A stretch of DNA of 54,136 nt, from sequence record SRR22947727_2835; one strand, given 5' to 3'. The notes under the pieces were generated by a model. It was not told where the DNA came from. It saw nothing but the letters and a program-made list of their open reading frames with translations, and did not search any database. Below are positions 19,318 through 27,984 of this stretch, piece after piece. Positions within the stretch are counted from its first letter, which is position 1; every line of letters starts with the position of its first letter. Position numbers and translations under genes: made by a program.

Positions 19318-20613
19318 ATGTCTGAAACATTCCTATCCCTAGATGATATGTCATCTATAAGTCTAGAAGATCTTAAAAAACTAAAACCTGCTGAATTAAT
19401 AAAGTTTGCCGAAGAAGTAGGAATAGAAAATGCTGGGTCTATGCGAAAGCAAGACATATTTGTCCAAGTACTTAAAGACTTAGCTGATGATAATATAGAA
19501 ATCCATGGCGGAGGGGTTCTTGAAGTATTACAAGATGGTTTTGGTTTTTTAAGAGCGCCAGAAGCAAATTATCTACCAGGTGCAGATGACATTTATTTAA
19601 GTACAAAAGTAATAAGAAAACTGGGGTTGAGAACCGGTGATACAGTTGGCGGAGAAATAAGGGCACCTCAAGAAAATGAACGCTATTTTGCGATGAGCAA
19701 GGTTTTATCCATCAATTTTAGCACACCAGAACAAGCCAGAAATAAAGCCCATTTTGATAATTTAACCCCTCTTTATCCTGACAAAAGGATGAAGATGGAA
19801 ATAGAAGACCCCACGCTAAAAGATATATCCGGACGAATAATTGATATCATAGCCCCTATTGGTAAGGGACAAAGGGCATTAATAGTTGCTCCGCCTCGTA
19901 CAGGTAAAACTGTATTATTACAAAACATTGCTCACTCAATTGAAAGGAATCACCCTGAGTGTTACGTCTTAGTTCTTTTAATTGATGAAAGACCTGAAGA
20001 GGTTACTGATATGCAAAGAAATGTAAAAGGAGAGGTAGTCTCATCAACGTTTGATGAACCTGCAACAAGACATGTTCAGGTGGCCGAAATGGTTATTCAG
20101 AAAGCTAAAAGAATGACAGAACACGGAAAAGATGTTGTTATACTTCTAGATTCGATAACAAGGCTTGGTAGAGCTTATAACACAGTTGTTCCAAGTTCTG
20201 GTAAAGTTTTAACAGGTGGTGTAGATGCTAACGCCCTTCAACGACCCAAGAGGTTTTTCGGGGCCGCTAGAAATATCGAAGAAGGTGGTTCTTTAACAAT
20301 AATTGCCACAGCATTAATAGAAACCGGCTCAAGAATGGATGAAGTAATTTTTGAAGAGTTTAAAGGCACAGGGAACTCAGAGTTAGTATTAGACAGAAAG
20401 GTAGCCGATAAAAGAATTTTTCCTGCGATTGATGTTACAAAATCAGGGACAAGAAAAGAAGAATTGTTAATTGGTCCAATTGACCTCCAAAAAACATATG
20501 TATTAAGGCGTATTCTTAATCCCATGGGAACAATGGACGCAATAGAGTTTTTATTATCTAAATTAAAAGATAATAAAAATAATGCAGACTTTTTTGAAAG
20601 CATGAACACTTAA
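19318..20613 (+). CDS. rho: Transcription termination factor Rho
   Basis: [46 protein letters not shown]. Confidence 0.98.
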   Translation: MSETFLSLDDMSSISLEDLKKLKPAELIKFAEEVGIENAGSMRKQDIFVQVLKDLADDNIEIHGGGVLEVLQDGFGFLRAPEANYLPGADDIYLSTKVIRKLGLRTGDTVGGEIRAPQENERYFAMSKVLSINFSTPEQARNKAHFDNLTPLYPDKRMKMEIEDPTLKDISGRIIDIIAPIGKGQRALIVAPPRTGKTVLLQNIAHSIERNHPECYVLVLLIDERPEEVTDMQRNVKGEVVSSTFDEPATRHVQVAEMVIQKAKRMTEHGKDVVILLDSITRLGRAYNTVVPSSGKVLTGGVDANALQRPKRFFGAARNIEEGGSLTIIATALIETGSRMDEVIFEEFKGTGNSELVLDRKVADKRIFPAIDVTKSGTRKEELLIGPIDLQKTYVLRRILNPMGTMDAIEFLLSKLKDNKNNADFFESMNT

Positions 20614-20629
20614 AGCCAAAAGGTTTTTT
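20612..20629 (+). terminator. Weak intrinsic-terminator-like hairpin after rho
   Basis: AAAGCC-aaaa-GGTTTTTT; short stem with a G-U pair. Confidence 0.3.
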
Positions 20630-20938
20630 ATGAAACACCAACAATATGAGACAGAACTTTTAGATATATTTAATTCAATCCCTGAAGATAAAAGAGGTTT
20701 ATTTATAATTAGCCATAAAAACCAAGTAAAAAGTCCAACAGTTATTTTTGGCTGGTCTGCTTTTTTAGGCATTCTTGGAGCAGATAGGTTTGCATTAGGG
20801 CAAATATTTCTTGGACTACTTAAGCTTTTCACCTTAGGTGGTTTTTATATTTGGTATATTATAGATTTATTTCTAGTTGCAAAAATAACGAGACGAGACA
20901 ACATAAAAAAGGCAAGAGAATTAGCCGCAAGGCTTTAA
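20630..20938 (+). CDS. TM2 domain membrane protein
   Basis: FLGILGADRFALGQIFLGLLKLFTLGGFYIWYIIDLF matches the TM2 signature. Confidence 0.88.
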   Translation: MKHQQYETELLDIFNSIPEDKRGLFIISHKNQVKSPTVIFGWSAFLGILGADRFALGQIFLGLLKLFTLGGFYIWYIIDLFLVAKITRRDNIKKARELAARL

Positions 20939-20969
20939 CCCCGGATAAAAAAATCATTAATAAAAATTT

Positions 20970-21491
20970 CTAATTTGTCGGTTTTTCAGCTGCACGACGC
21001 ATCATTTCAGCACGAAACATGCCAGCAAAGTCAGGCGGCTCTAGCATAATTGGCGGAAAGCCTCCGTTTTGTGTCATTTCTGCCATGATTTGCCTTGAAA
21101 AGGGGAAAAGAAGCCTGGGGCATTCAATCATTATTAGCGGCTGTATTTCTTCAGCAGTAACCCCAGCAAATGCGAACAGACCAGCATATTCGAGTTCTGC
21201 TATAAATGCGACCTTATCCTCTCTTCTTGCTTCAGCTTTAAGCATTAAAGTAACCTCTACATTGTCACCCTCAAGCATCTGTCTTCCTATTTCTATATTA
21301 ATCTGAATCTCAGGAGCAGAAAGGCCAGATCTCAGGCTATCGGGAGCATTTGGATTTTCAAAGCTTTGGTCTTTTGTATATTGAGCCAAAACACTAAGCA
21401 TAGGCGGCTTTTGATCCTCAGCCTGAGCTTCTAAACTTTTTTCTTCCGTTTGCGCTTCAACACCTTCTTCTTTTTTTGGCTTTTTTGCCAT
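20970..21491 (-). CDS. secB: Protein export chaperone SecB
   Basis: AQYTKDQSFENP, ELEYAGLF, ECPRLLFPFSR, GGFPP; ATG 21491 follows GGAG. Confidence 0.96.
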   Translation of the reverse strand: MAKKPKKEEGVEAQTEEKSLEAQAEDQKPPMLSVLAQYTKDQSFENPNAPDSLRSGLSAPEIQINIEIGRQMLEGDNVEVTLMLKAEARREDKVAFIAELEYAGLFAFAGVTAEEIQPLIMIECPRLLFPFSRQIMAEMTQNGGFPPIMLEPPDFAGMFRAEMMRRAAEKPTN

Positions 21492-21650
21492 AATGAATTT
21501 CTCCAATTATATTTATTAATTGGCTCGCTAACATAGACAGGCTAAGGGAGCAATTGGTTATTGCTACTAATGCGATTAGATTCTATTGGGGCCCATAACA
21601 AAATAAATTACCCGTATTTAAAAATAAGGGTGTCTTGAGGAGTATGCTTA

Positions 21651-22322
21651 ATGTATGAAGTTATATTATACGCAGCCATAGCAACAATAGTATGCATTGT
21701 ATTATACTCTGTATTAGGAAAGTCTGTTGGACAAGACTCATCAGAAAAACTAAATATTAATAACATAACTAAATCTAAAAAAGACAATAATACCAGCCTA
21801 ACAAACAAAAACCTCAATATTAGCAGAAAAGACAACGAAGAGTTAATTAAGATACAAAAAATAGACCCCTCTTTTGATATTTCTGATTTTATTGGCGGAG
21901 CAAAAGCGGCGTATTCAATGATAATCGAAGCATTCGCTGAAGGAAATAAGGAAACCCTAAAGAGCCTGCTTACGAATAAGGTTTATAGAGCTTATACTAA
22001 GGAGATAGGCCTTAGAGAAGGGCGTAAACTTAAACAAGTAACAGACCTTGTTAGGCTACAAGACGCTTCAGTAAAGTCTATCAAGGTAACAGGACGGTCA
22101 GCAACCATAGAGGTTGTTTATAATGCTGAGCTATCATCGGCCCTGTTTGATTCAGATAACAATTTAGTACAAGGGGACCCTGATGTTTTAGCATTTATAT
22201 CTGAAACATGGATGTATAAGAAAGACCTTACTTCAACCAATTTAAACTGGCTATTAGCTGATGTTTTTCCAAACGAAGGGGACACCCTAGAGGCCGACCC
22301 AACACCTGATACTAAGAAATAA
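21651..22322 (+). CDS. Tim44/TimA-like protein
   Basis: LYSVLG after the N-terminal TM, DPSFDISDFIGGAKAAYSMII, W.Y...W.L; divergent from secB and upstream of mltA. Confidence 0.88.
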   Translation: MYEVILYAAIATIVCIVLYSVLGKSVGQDSSEKLNINNITKSKKDNNTSLTNKNLNISRKDNEELIKIQKIDPSFDISDFIGGAKAAYSMIIEAFAEGNKETLKSLLTNKVYRAYTKEIGLREGRKLKQVTDLVRLQDASVKSIKVTGRSATIEVVYNAELSSALFDSDNNLVQGDPDVLAFISETWMYKKDLTSTNLNWLLADVFPNEGDTLEADPTPDTKK

Positions 22323-23503
22323 TGAAAATAAATGGCTTATATGTAGTTAGTTTTGCATTGCCCATTTTATTTGCATCCTGCCAAACAACAAACCCCTTAA
22401 TTGATAGCGCACCTCATGAGTTAACTAAGCAGGCCCCTAAAACTACACTAGAGGATAATTCATTATTAAGCGCAGCCGATAAAAACTTACCCAAAGAGAA
22501 CAAGACGGCAGAGCATCAACAGCTATCAAATAGCCTGCTTTGGGAAAAATATGATTTTCTTCCATCGCTTTTGGCATTTGAAAAAAGCTGTAAAAATTTT
22601 TCTAAGAAAAAAGATAGCCTTTTTATGCGCCCGACCAACAAAAAATTTGGAACTTTCGGTGACTGGAAACTTAAATGTAAAAAACTTAAGAAAATAAATA
22701 AAAATAGCGAAGATGCTAAAAGCTTTTTTGAAAAAGAGTTTAAGTTTATTAGCAGTAATGAGTCAAATAACAGTGGCACATTAACAGGTTATTATGAACC
22801 AATTATAAATGTAAGAAGAACAAAAAGTAATGTTTTTTCTGAACCTATATTAACGCTCCCTTTAAAAAAAGAACACAAAAACCTCACAAGGTCTAAGGTA
22901 AAAAAAAAATATTCAGATGTTATTGCATTTGGTAAACCGATAGATGTTTTCTTTATGCAGATACAGGGGTCTGGGAAGATAGAGTTGGAAAACGGAGAAG
23001 TAAAAAGAGCGGCATATTCTGGTAACAACGGGAAGCCTTATATATCTATAGGAAAAATATTAATTGAAAATGGTGAACTATTACCCACCAAAGCGAGTAA
23101 GTTATCTATTGAGAAATGGATGCAGCAAGCAGGTTATGAAAAAACAAAAGAGCTGATGAATAAAAACCCAAGGTATATTTTTTTCAAGGAAGAAGAGGTT
23201 GTAGATCAAGAAGGTCCTCTAGGCGCAATGCGAGTGCCACTTACAGACATGGTTAGCATGGCATCAGACCCAAGATATAATTCATATGGATCTTTGGTAT
23301 GGTTAGAAACGAATATACCAAAAGAAATAAATGACTTCAAAGGGGAAAAATCAGGGCTATTAGTCTCCATTCAAGATACAGGCAGCGCAATTAAAGGGCC
23401 TTTTAGGGGTGATTTGTATTTTGGATCAGGCAAAGAAGCTGGTCTAAAAGCAGGGGTTATGAAACACGATGCTGAATGGAAATTTTTAGTTCCTAGAAAA
23501 TAA
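22322..23503 (+). CDS. mltA: Membrane-bound lytic transglycosylase MltA
   Basis: Lipobox FASC, TGYYEP, FFMQIQGSG, NPRYIFF, QDTGSAIKG, DLYFGSG. Confidence 0.94.
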   Translation: MKINGLYVVSFALPILFASCQTTNPLIDSAPHELTKQAPKTTLEDNSLLSAADKNLPKENKTAEHQQLSNSLLWEKYDFLPSLLAFEKSCKNFSKKKDSLFMRPTNKKFGTFGDWKLKCKKLKKINKNSEDAKSFFEKEFKFISSNESNNSGTLTGYYEPIINVRRTKSNVFSEPILTLPLKKEHKNLTRSKVKKKYSDVIAFGKPIDVFFMQIQGSGKIELENGEVKRAAYSGNNGKPYISIGKILIENGELLPTKASKLSIEKWMQQAGYEKTKELMNKNPRYIFFKEEEVVDQEGPLGAMRVPLTDMVSMASDPRYNSYGSLVWLETNIPKEINDFKGEKSGLLVSIQDTGSAIKGPFRGDLYFGSGKEAGLKAGVMKHDAEWKFLVPRK

Positions 23504-23725
23504 TCTGTACCGATGATATTTTAGTTACATCTTTTTTATGAGGTGCGATTATGCGTTTATAAAATCTATTCTTTGCGCCACATGCGTATAGCAAGAATGT
23601 AAGTATTATTGTTGAAATTTTCTTAGTAGCACATTACACAACCTTTGTGTCGCTAAGATAAGTTATAGAGCCTTATCTATTTGGGGCCGATTAAAAAATG
23701 AAAATTTATCAAAAAACGAACAACC

Positions 23726-24268
23726 GTGCCCCATAAAGAAAAGAAACATAGAACACTATCGAATGAAGAAAAGGGTATCTGGTCTAAAGTAACTAGAACG
23801 ATAGCACCAAAAAAAATCAAAAGAGGACAAGGTTCATCGAGGCCCTTATATAAAAAGTCTAAGTTTGAAAATATGATGCGGCTTCCAATATATATTGAAA
23901 AACCAATTTATAAAAGCAAAGCACAAATAGAACTAAACTTTGATAAAAAAACTCGCCGAGGAAAGGTTCGGGTTGAGATGCAAATTGATTTGCATGATTT
24001 GAATCAATCACAAGCCAAAAAGAAACTGTTCAAGACAATTATAAGCGCTTCAAATAAAAATCAAACATGTATTCTGGTAATAACAGGAAAAGGCCTAAGG
24101 GGAGAAGGAGTGTTAAGAAAAAGCTTTATAGATTGGGTAAATGCACCCGAGATTAAAGACATAATAGCAACATATGCACCTGCTCATAAAAAGCACGGTG
24201 GAGATGGCGCATGGTATATTTTTTTAAAAAAGGATAAAGGCTATAAAATGAATTTAGACAAATCTTGA
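23726..24268 (+). CDS. Smr/MutS2 C-terminal domain protein
   Basis: [28 protein letters not shown]. Confidence 0.92.
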   Translation: MPHKEKKHRTLSNEEKGIWSKVTRTIAPKKIKRGQGSSRPLYKKSKFENMMRLPIYIEKPIYKSKAQIELNFDKKTRRGKVRVEMQIDLHDLNQSQAKKKLFKTIISASNKNQTCILVITGKGLRGEGVLRKSFIDWVNAPEIKDIIATYAPAHKKHGGDGAWYIFLKKDKGYKMNLDKS

Positions 24269-25542
24269 TTTTTAGCGAGTCCGCCTACATGTTTATTAAC
24301 ATATGACTTATTTACAATAACCTCCTCACCATTCTTATCTGTTGCCTTAAAGCTGATATCATCCAGCAAACGCTCCATTACAGTATGTAAACGACGGGCC
24401 CCTATATTTTCAATACTTGCATTAACTTCAGCGGAAATTTTAGCAATTTGTTCAATCCCATTTTTAGTAAAAGAAAGTGTTACGCCTTCGGTGGCCATTA
24501 ATGCCTGGTATTGTTTTATCAAGCTTGCTTCTGGTTCTGTTAGTATTCGTATAAAATCCGATTCTGTTAAGGCTCTTAACTCTACTCTAATGGGAAGTCT
24601 TCCTTGAAGTTCAGGCAATAAGTCTGCGGGCTTGGCAATATGAAAAGCACCGCTCGCAATGAATAGTATATGATCAGTTTTTACGGGCCCGTACTTTGTT
24701 GATACTGTAGTTCCCTCAATTAACGGTAATAAGTCTCTTTGAACCCCTTCCCTTGATACGTCGCCACCCCTTGCATTCGAGCGAGTGGTAATCTTGTCAA
24801 TTTCATCAAGAAAAACAATTCCATCTTGTTCGGTTAGGTCTATCGCCTCGCGTTTTATGGAATCTTCATCTATTAATTTATCCGCTTCTTCTGAAACCAA
24901 AGGGCCATGCGCATCTCCTATTTTCATTTTCACAGACTTTGTGCGTTTCGCTTTACCCAACAATGAGGATAAATCCATCATTCCCATAGATGCTCCAGGC
25001 TGACCAGGTATATCAAACCCTTGGAACGGGGAAGAATTATCTGCCAGCTCCAACTCTACTTCTGTATTATCTAATTCGCCTCGCAGAAGCTTTTGTCGAA
25101 AACTATCTCGAGTCGCCTCTCTCCCGCTTTCACCAACAAGAGCATCTATAATCCTTTTTTCAGCGGAAAGCTCTGCTTGCGCCCTAACTATTTCACGCTT
25201 TGAATCCCGAAGAAGGCTAATTGCTGCCTCAACAAGATCTCTTATTATTTGCTCAACATCGCGGCCCACATAGCCTACTTCAGTAAACTTTGTAGCCTCA
25301 ACCTTTATAAAGGGCGCCTTAGCTAATTTGGCGAGTCGTCTAGAAATCTCCGTTTTCCCAACACCGGTTGGACCTATCATTAAGATGTTCTTAGGAGTTA
25401 CTTCATGGCGTAAACTATCGGGGACACGCCTTCTTCTCCATCTATTACGAAGTGCAATTGCAACAGCCCTTTTGGCATCAGATTGTGCAACTATATGGCG
25501 ATCAAGCTCCGAAACTATTTCTCGAGGTGTAAAGTCAGTCAT
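24241..25542 (-). CDS. hslU: ATP-dependent protease ATPase subunit HslU
   Basis: [42 protein letters not shown]-terminal DLSKFIL. Confidence 0.98.
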   Translation of the reverse strand: MTDFTPREIVSELDRHIVAQSDAKRAVAIALRNRWRRRRVPDSLRHEVTPKNILMIGPTGVGKTEISRRLAKLAKAPFIKVEATKFTEVGYVGRDVEQIIRDLVEAAISLLRDSKREIVRAQAELSAEKRIIDALVGESGREATRDSFRQKLLRGELDNTEVELELADNSSPFQGFDIPGQPGASMGMMDLSSLLGKAKRTKSVKMKIGDAHGPLVSEEADKLIDEDSIKREAIDLTEQDGIVFLDEIDKITTRSNARGGDVSREGVQRDLLPLIEGTTVSTKYGPVKTDHILFIASGAFHIAKPADLLPELQGRLPIRVELRALTESDFIRILTEPEASLIKQYQALMATEGVTLSFTKNGIEQIAKISAEVNASIENIGARRLHTVMERLLDDISFKATDKNGEEVIVNKSYVNKHVGGLAKNQDLSKFIL

Positions 25543-25549
25543 AATCTAT

Positions 25550-25577
25550 AAATGGTAACTAAATTTCCGGGTTCAAG
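25550..25577 (-). promoter_or_regulatory. Putative RpoH-like promoter of hslU
   Basis: CTTGAA-N16-CCATTT ending 7 nt before the ATG; no SD sequence visible. Confidence 0.6.
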
Positions 25578-25607
25578 ACTTAATTACCTATTTAAAACAC
25601 GATATAG

Positions 25608-26432
25608 TTATTTTTTGTGTAGAACACGTTGCGGAAAAGGCATTTCAATATTTGATTTATCAAGAGCCTCTTTAATTTCCACTCTAATATTTGATGTTCT
25701 GCTCATCCATTTATCCGCAGGTATCCAGCAACGACATGAAATCATAATAGCGCTATCTCCAAAGCCAGTAATGTAGCATTCTGGCTTAAGTACGCCCTTT
25801 TTTACTCCAGGAGTGCTTTTAAGAACCTTAAGTAATATTTTTTGTGTTTCTTTTAGGTCGCTATCATAACCAACCCCTATAGTTTCCCTAAATTGTCGTT
25901 CAGTATGTCGAGTATAATTCTGGAGCCTATTGCTCCAGACTTCACTATTAGGGACATATATATATATGCCCTCTATATTCTTTAAAGTAGTGGCAAATAA
26001 TCCTATTTCTTGCACACTTCCAGAATAGCTATTTGTATCAACAAAATCTCCTACCTGGAGGGGCCGAAGAAATAAAAGCATTACACCTGAAGCTATATTT
26101 GACAGTGTGTCTTTGAGGGCTAAACCAACAGCTAAACCCATAGCCCCAAAAACAGCTAATAAACTTGTCGCAGGAACCCCAAGCTTTGTTAAAAAAGCAT
26201 AAATGGACATTCCCATTATTACATAAAATACCCCTGAAGCAACAACAGGCCTTAGAGTTTGATCAAAATTCTTAGGACCAAAGCCTGGATTTCTGAGACG
26301 CTTCCTAACTATCTTAGCAAAAACCCAGCCAATAATTAGTATAAATAAAGCCGCTGTAATATTTAATGAAATTTCAATTATAAATGGGGCATTTGCACTT
26401 AATTTTGAAAATAATGAATTAACCTCTTCCAT
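25608..26432 (-). CDS. mscS: Small-conductance mechanosensitive channel MscS
   Basis: GLAVGLALKDTLSNIASG, RPLQVGD, YVPN, IEMPFPQR. Confidence 0.92.
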   Translation of the reverse strand: MEEVNSLFSKLSANAPFIIEISLNITAALFILIIGWVFAKIVRKRLRNPGFGPKNFDQTLRPVVASGVFYVIMGMSIYAFLTKLGVPATSLLAVFGAMGLAVGLALKDTLSNIASGVMLLFLRPLQVGDFVDTNSYSGSVQEIGLFATTLKNIEGIYIYVPNSEVWSNRLQNYTRHTERQFRETIGVGYDSDLKETQKILLKVLKSTPGVKKGVLKPECYITGFGDSAIMISCRCWIPADKWMSRTSNIRVEIKEALDKSNIEMPFPQRVLHKK

Positions 26433-26434
26433 AA

Positions 26435-27487
26435 TTAATTTCTCCTTTTAGAATAACTTGATAATGCAATTAATAGCCGTCCTACCATAGCCTCTTGCGG
26501 CGCCCCAGCTGTTTTTAGGCTTTGTTCTACAACAAGGCTTTGAGTTAGTGCTTTGTGCAATGCAGAAAGTGTCCAAATTCTTAAATGTTTCATAAAGTTT
26601 GTTTTATGCATATAAAACACAGGGGGCCGGAGGCTGTTAATAGCGCTTTCGAGGCTTGCACCTTTATTAACTTGCGTTTTTGCTTGTATAAGTCTCACTA
26701 AATGATTTTGAAGTCCACGCAAGATTACAGCACTATTTAATTTGCTTTTAATAGCGCGGTGAAAATAATTATCAGTTTCTAATAAATTCCCACTCATAGT
26801 ATTCATTATAACATCAGAAATTGTAACATCATTGCCCCCAGCTGCAATTTCTTTGATATTCTCGATGGTTATATTTTTCTTTCCTTGCTTTCCATAGCCC
26901 ATATAAAGAGCCATTTTTTCAACCTCAGAGTTTATTAAAGCAAGATCACCATCAATGAGTGGTGCCCAATATTGCAGAGCATTTTTTTCAATATTTATAG
27001 AAAGCTCTTTAAGGCGTGTCTTAATTAATACCTCTACATCAATAGTAGATAAGCTGTAACATGCGATGGATAAAAAATTTTTAGATGCTTCAAACGTTTT
27101 ACGAATTACTGATTTTTGAGTAAGCTCTCCCGCCTCTACTATAAGTTTAGCTTCTGCCATCTTTGGGTTGTTATCATATTTTTTTATAATCTTTGAAATG
27201 GTTTGTCCATTACGCTCATGGTCTAAAAGCAACCTTACAATACGAGCGTCCCCAAACATAGATAAAGCAGATATTTCATCATCTAATTTCCCTGGATCTC
27301 CGGAAAGGTCATCAGATGTTAACACAGATGTGCCAAAAACACTCTCTTTATTATGAGAATAAGCTTTAGTTAAAGTTTGACCCCGTTGTTTAACTAAACC
27401 TCGGTCGGGCCCATAAAGTAATACACCAATAATAGCATTACTGGGAGAATTTAAAAACGATGTTATCTTATTTCCAGTAAACTTCAC
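26435..27487 (-). CDS. holA: DNA polymerase III delta subunit
   Basis: LLYGPDRGLV, SMFG, SEVEKMALY, RPPVF; leuS-lptE-holA order. Confidence 0.9.
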   Translation of the reverse strand: MKFTGNKITSFLNSPSNAIIGVLLYGPDRGLVKQRGQTLTKAYSHNKESVFGTSVLTSDDLSGDPGKLDDEISALSMFGDARIVRLLLDHERNGQTISKIIKKYDNNPKMAEAKLIVEAGELTQKSVIRKTFEASKNFLSIACYSLSTIDVEVLIKTRLKELSINIEKNALQYWAPLIDGDLALINSEVEKMALYMGYGKQGKKNITIENIKEIAAGGNDVTISDVIMNTMSGNLLETDNYFHRAIKSKLNSAVILRGLQNHLVRLIQAKTQVNKGASLESAINSLRPPVFYMHKTNFMKHLRIWTLSALHKALTQSLVVEQSLKTAGAPQEAMVGRLLIALSSYSKRRN

Positions 27488-27984
27488 TTATTATCTTTAG
27501 CATAGTATGCAGCGATTTTAAAAAGTAATCTATCAGCAACATCTTTTGCTATAACCTGCTCAGCATTATTACTTGCAGCAATAAGACCATAAGGATCAAC
27601 GGGTGCTCCAAATGTAGAGGACCCTTTAACCGAGCCTTTGCTCAATAATTTATCTGTATTTTTATCTCTTAGCTCATAAAGGACTGAGAGATTAGTATCA
27701 TAACGAGTAGCAACATCATCAGAAGAAGTACCATAACGAGAAACGGAAATTCTTGGCGTCAATATTAAAATATCTTTTCCAGGGTTTACCCCAACCCTAT
27801 CTCTGATTCTTTGTACCAAATAAAACCCAACTTCTTTATTTCCAATGCCCTCAACTTCATTTAATTTTACTGAAAAATTATCAAATAAATCTGCATTGTT
27901 TGATTTTATAGCACTATGCATGGGTGTAAAACCACAAGCGGGTAAAAAAAACAGCGTTAATAAAAATAAAAAACGAATGTTCAT
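27484..27984 (-). CDS. lptE: LPS assembly lipoprotein LptE-like
   Basis: Lipobox PACGFTPMH; between leuS and holA. Confidence 0.8.
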   Translation of the reverse strand: MNIRFLFLLTLFFLPACGFTPMHSAIKSNNADLFDNFSVKLNEVEGIGNKEVGFYLVQRIRDRVGVNPGKDILILTPRISVSRYGTSSDDVATRYDTNLSVLYELRDKNTDKLLSKGSVKGSSTFGAPVDPYGLIAASNNAEQVIAKDVADRLLFKIAAYYAKDNK

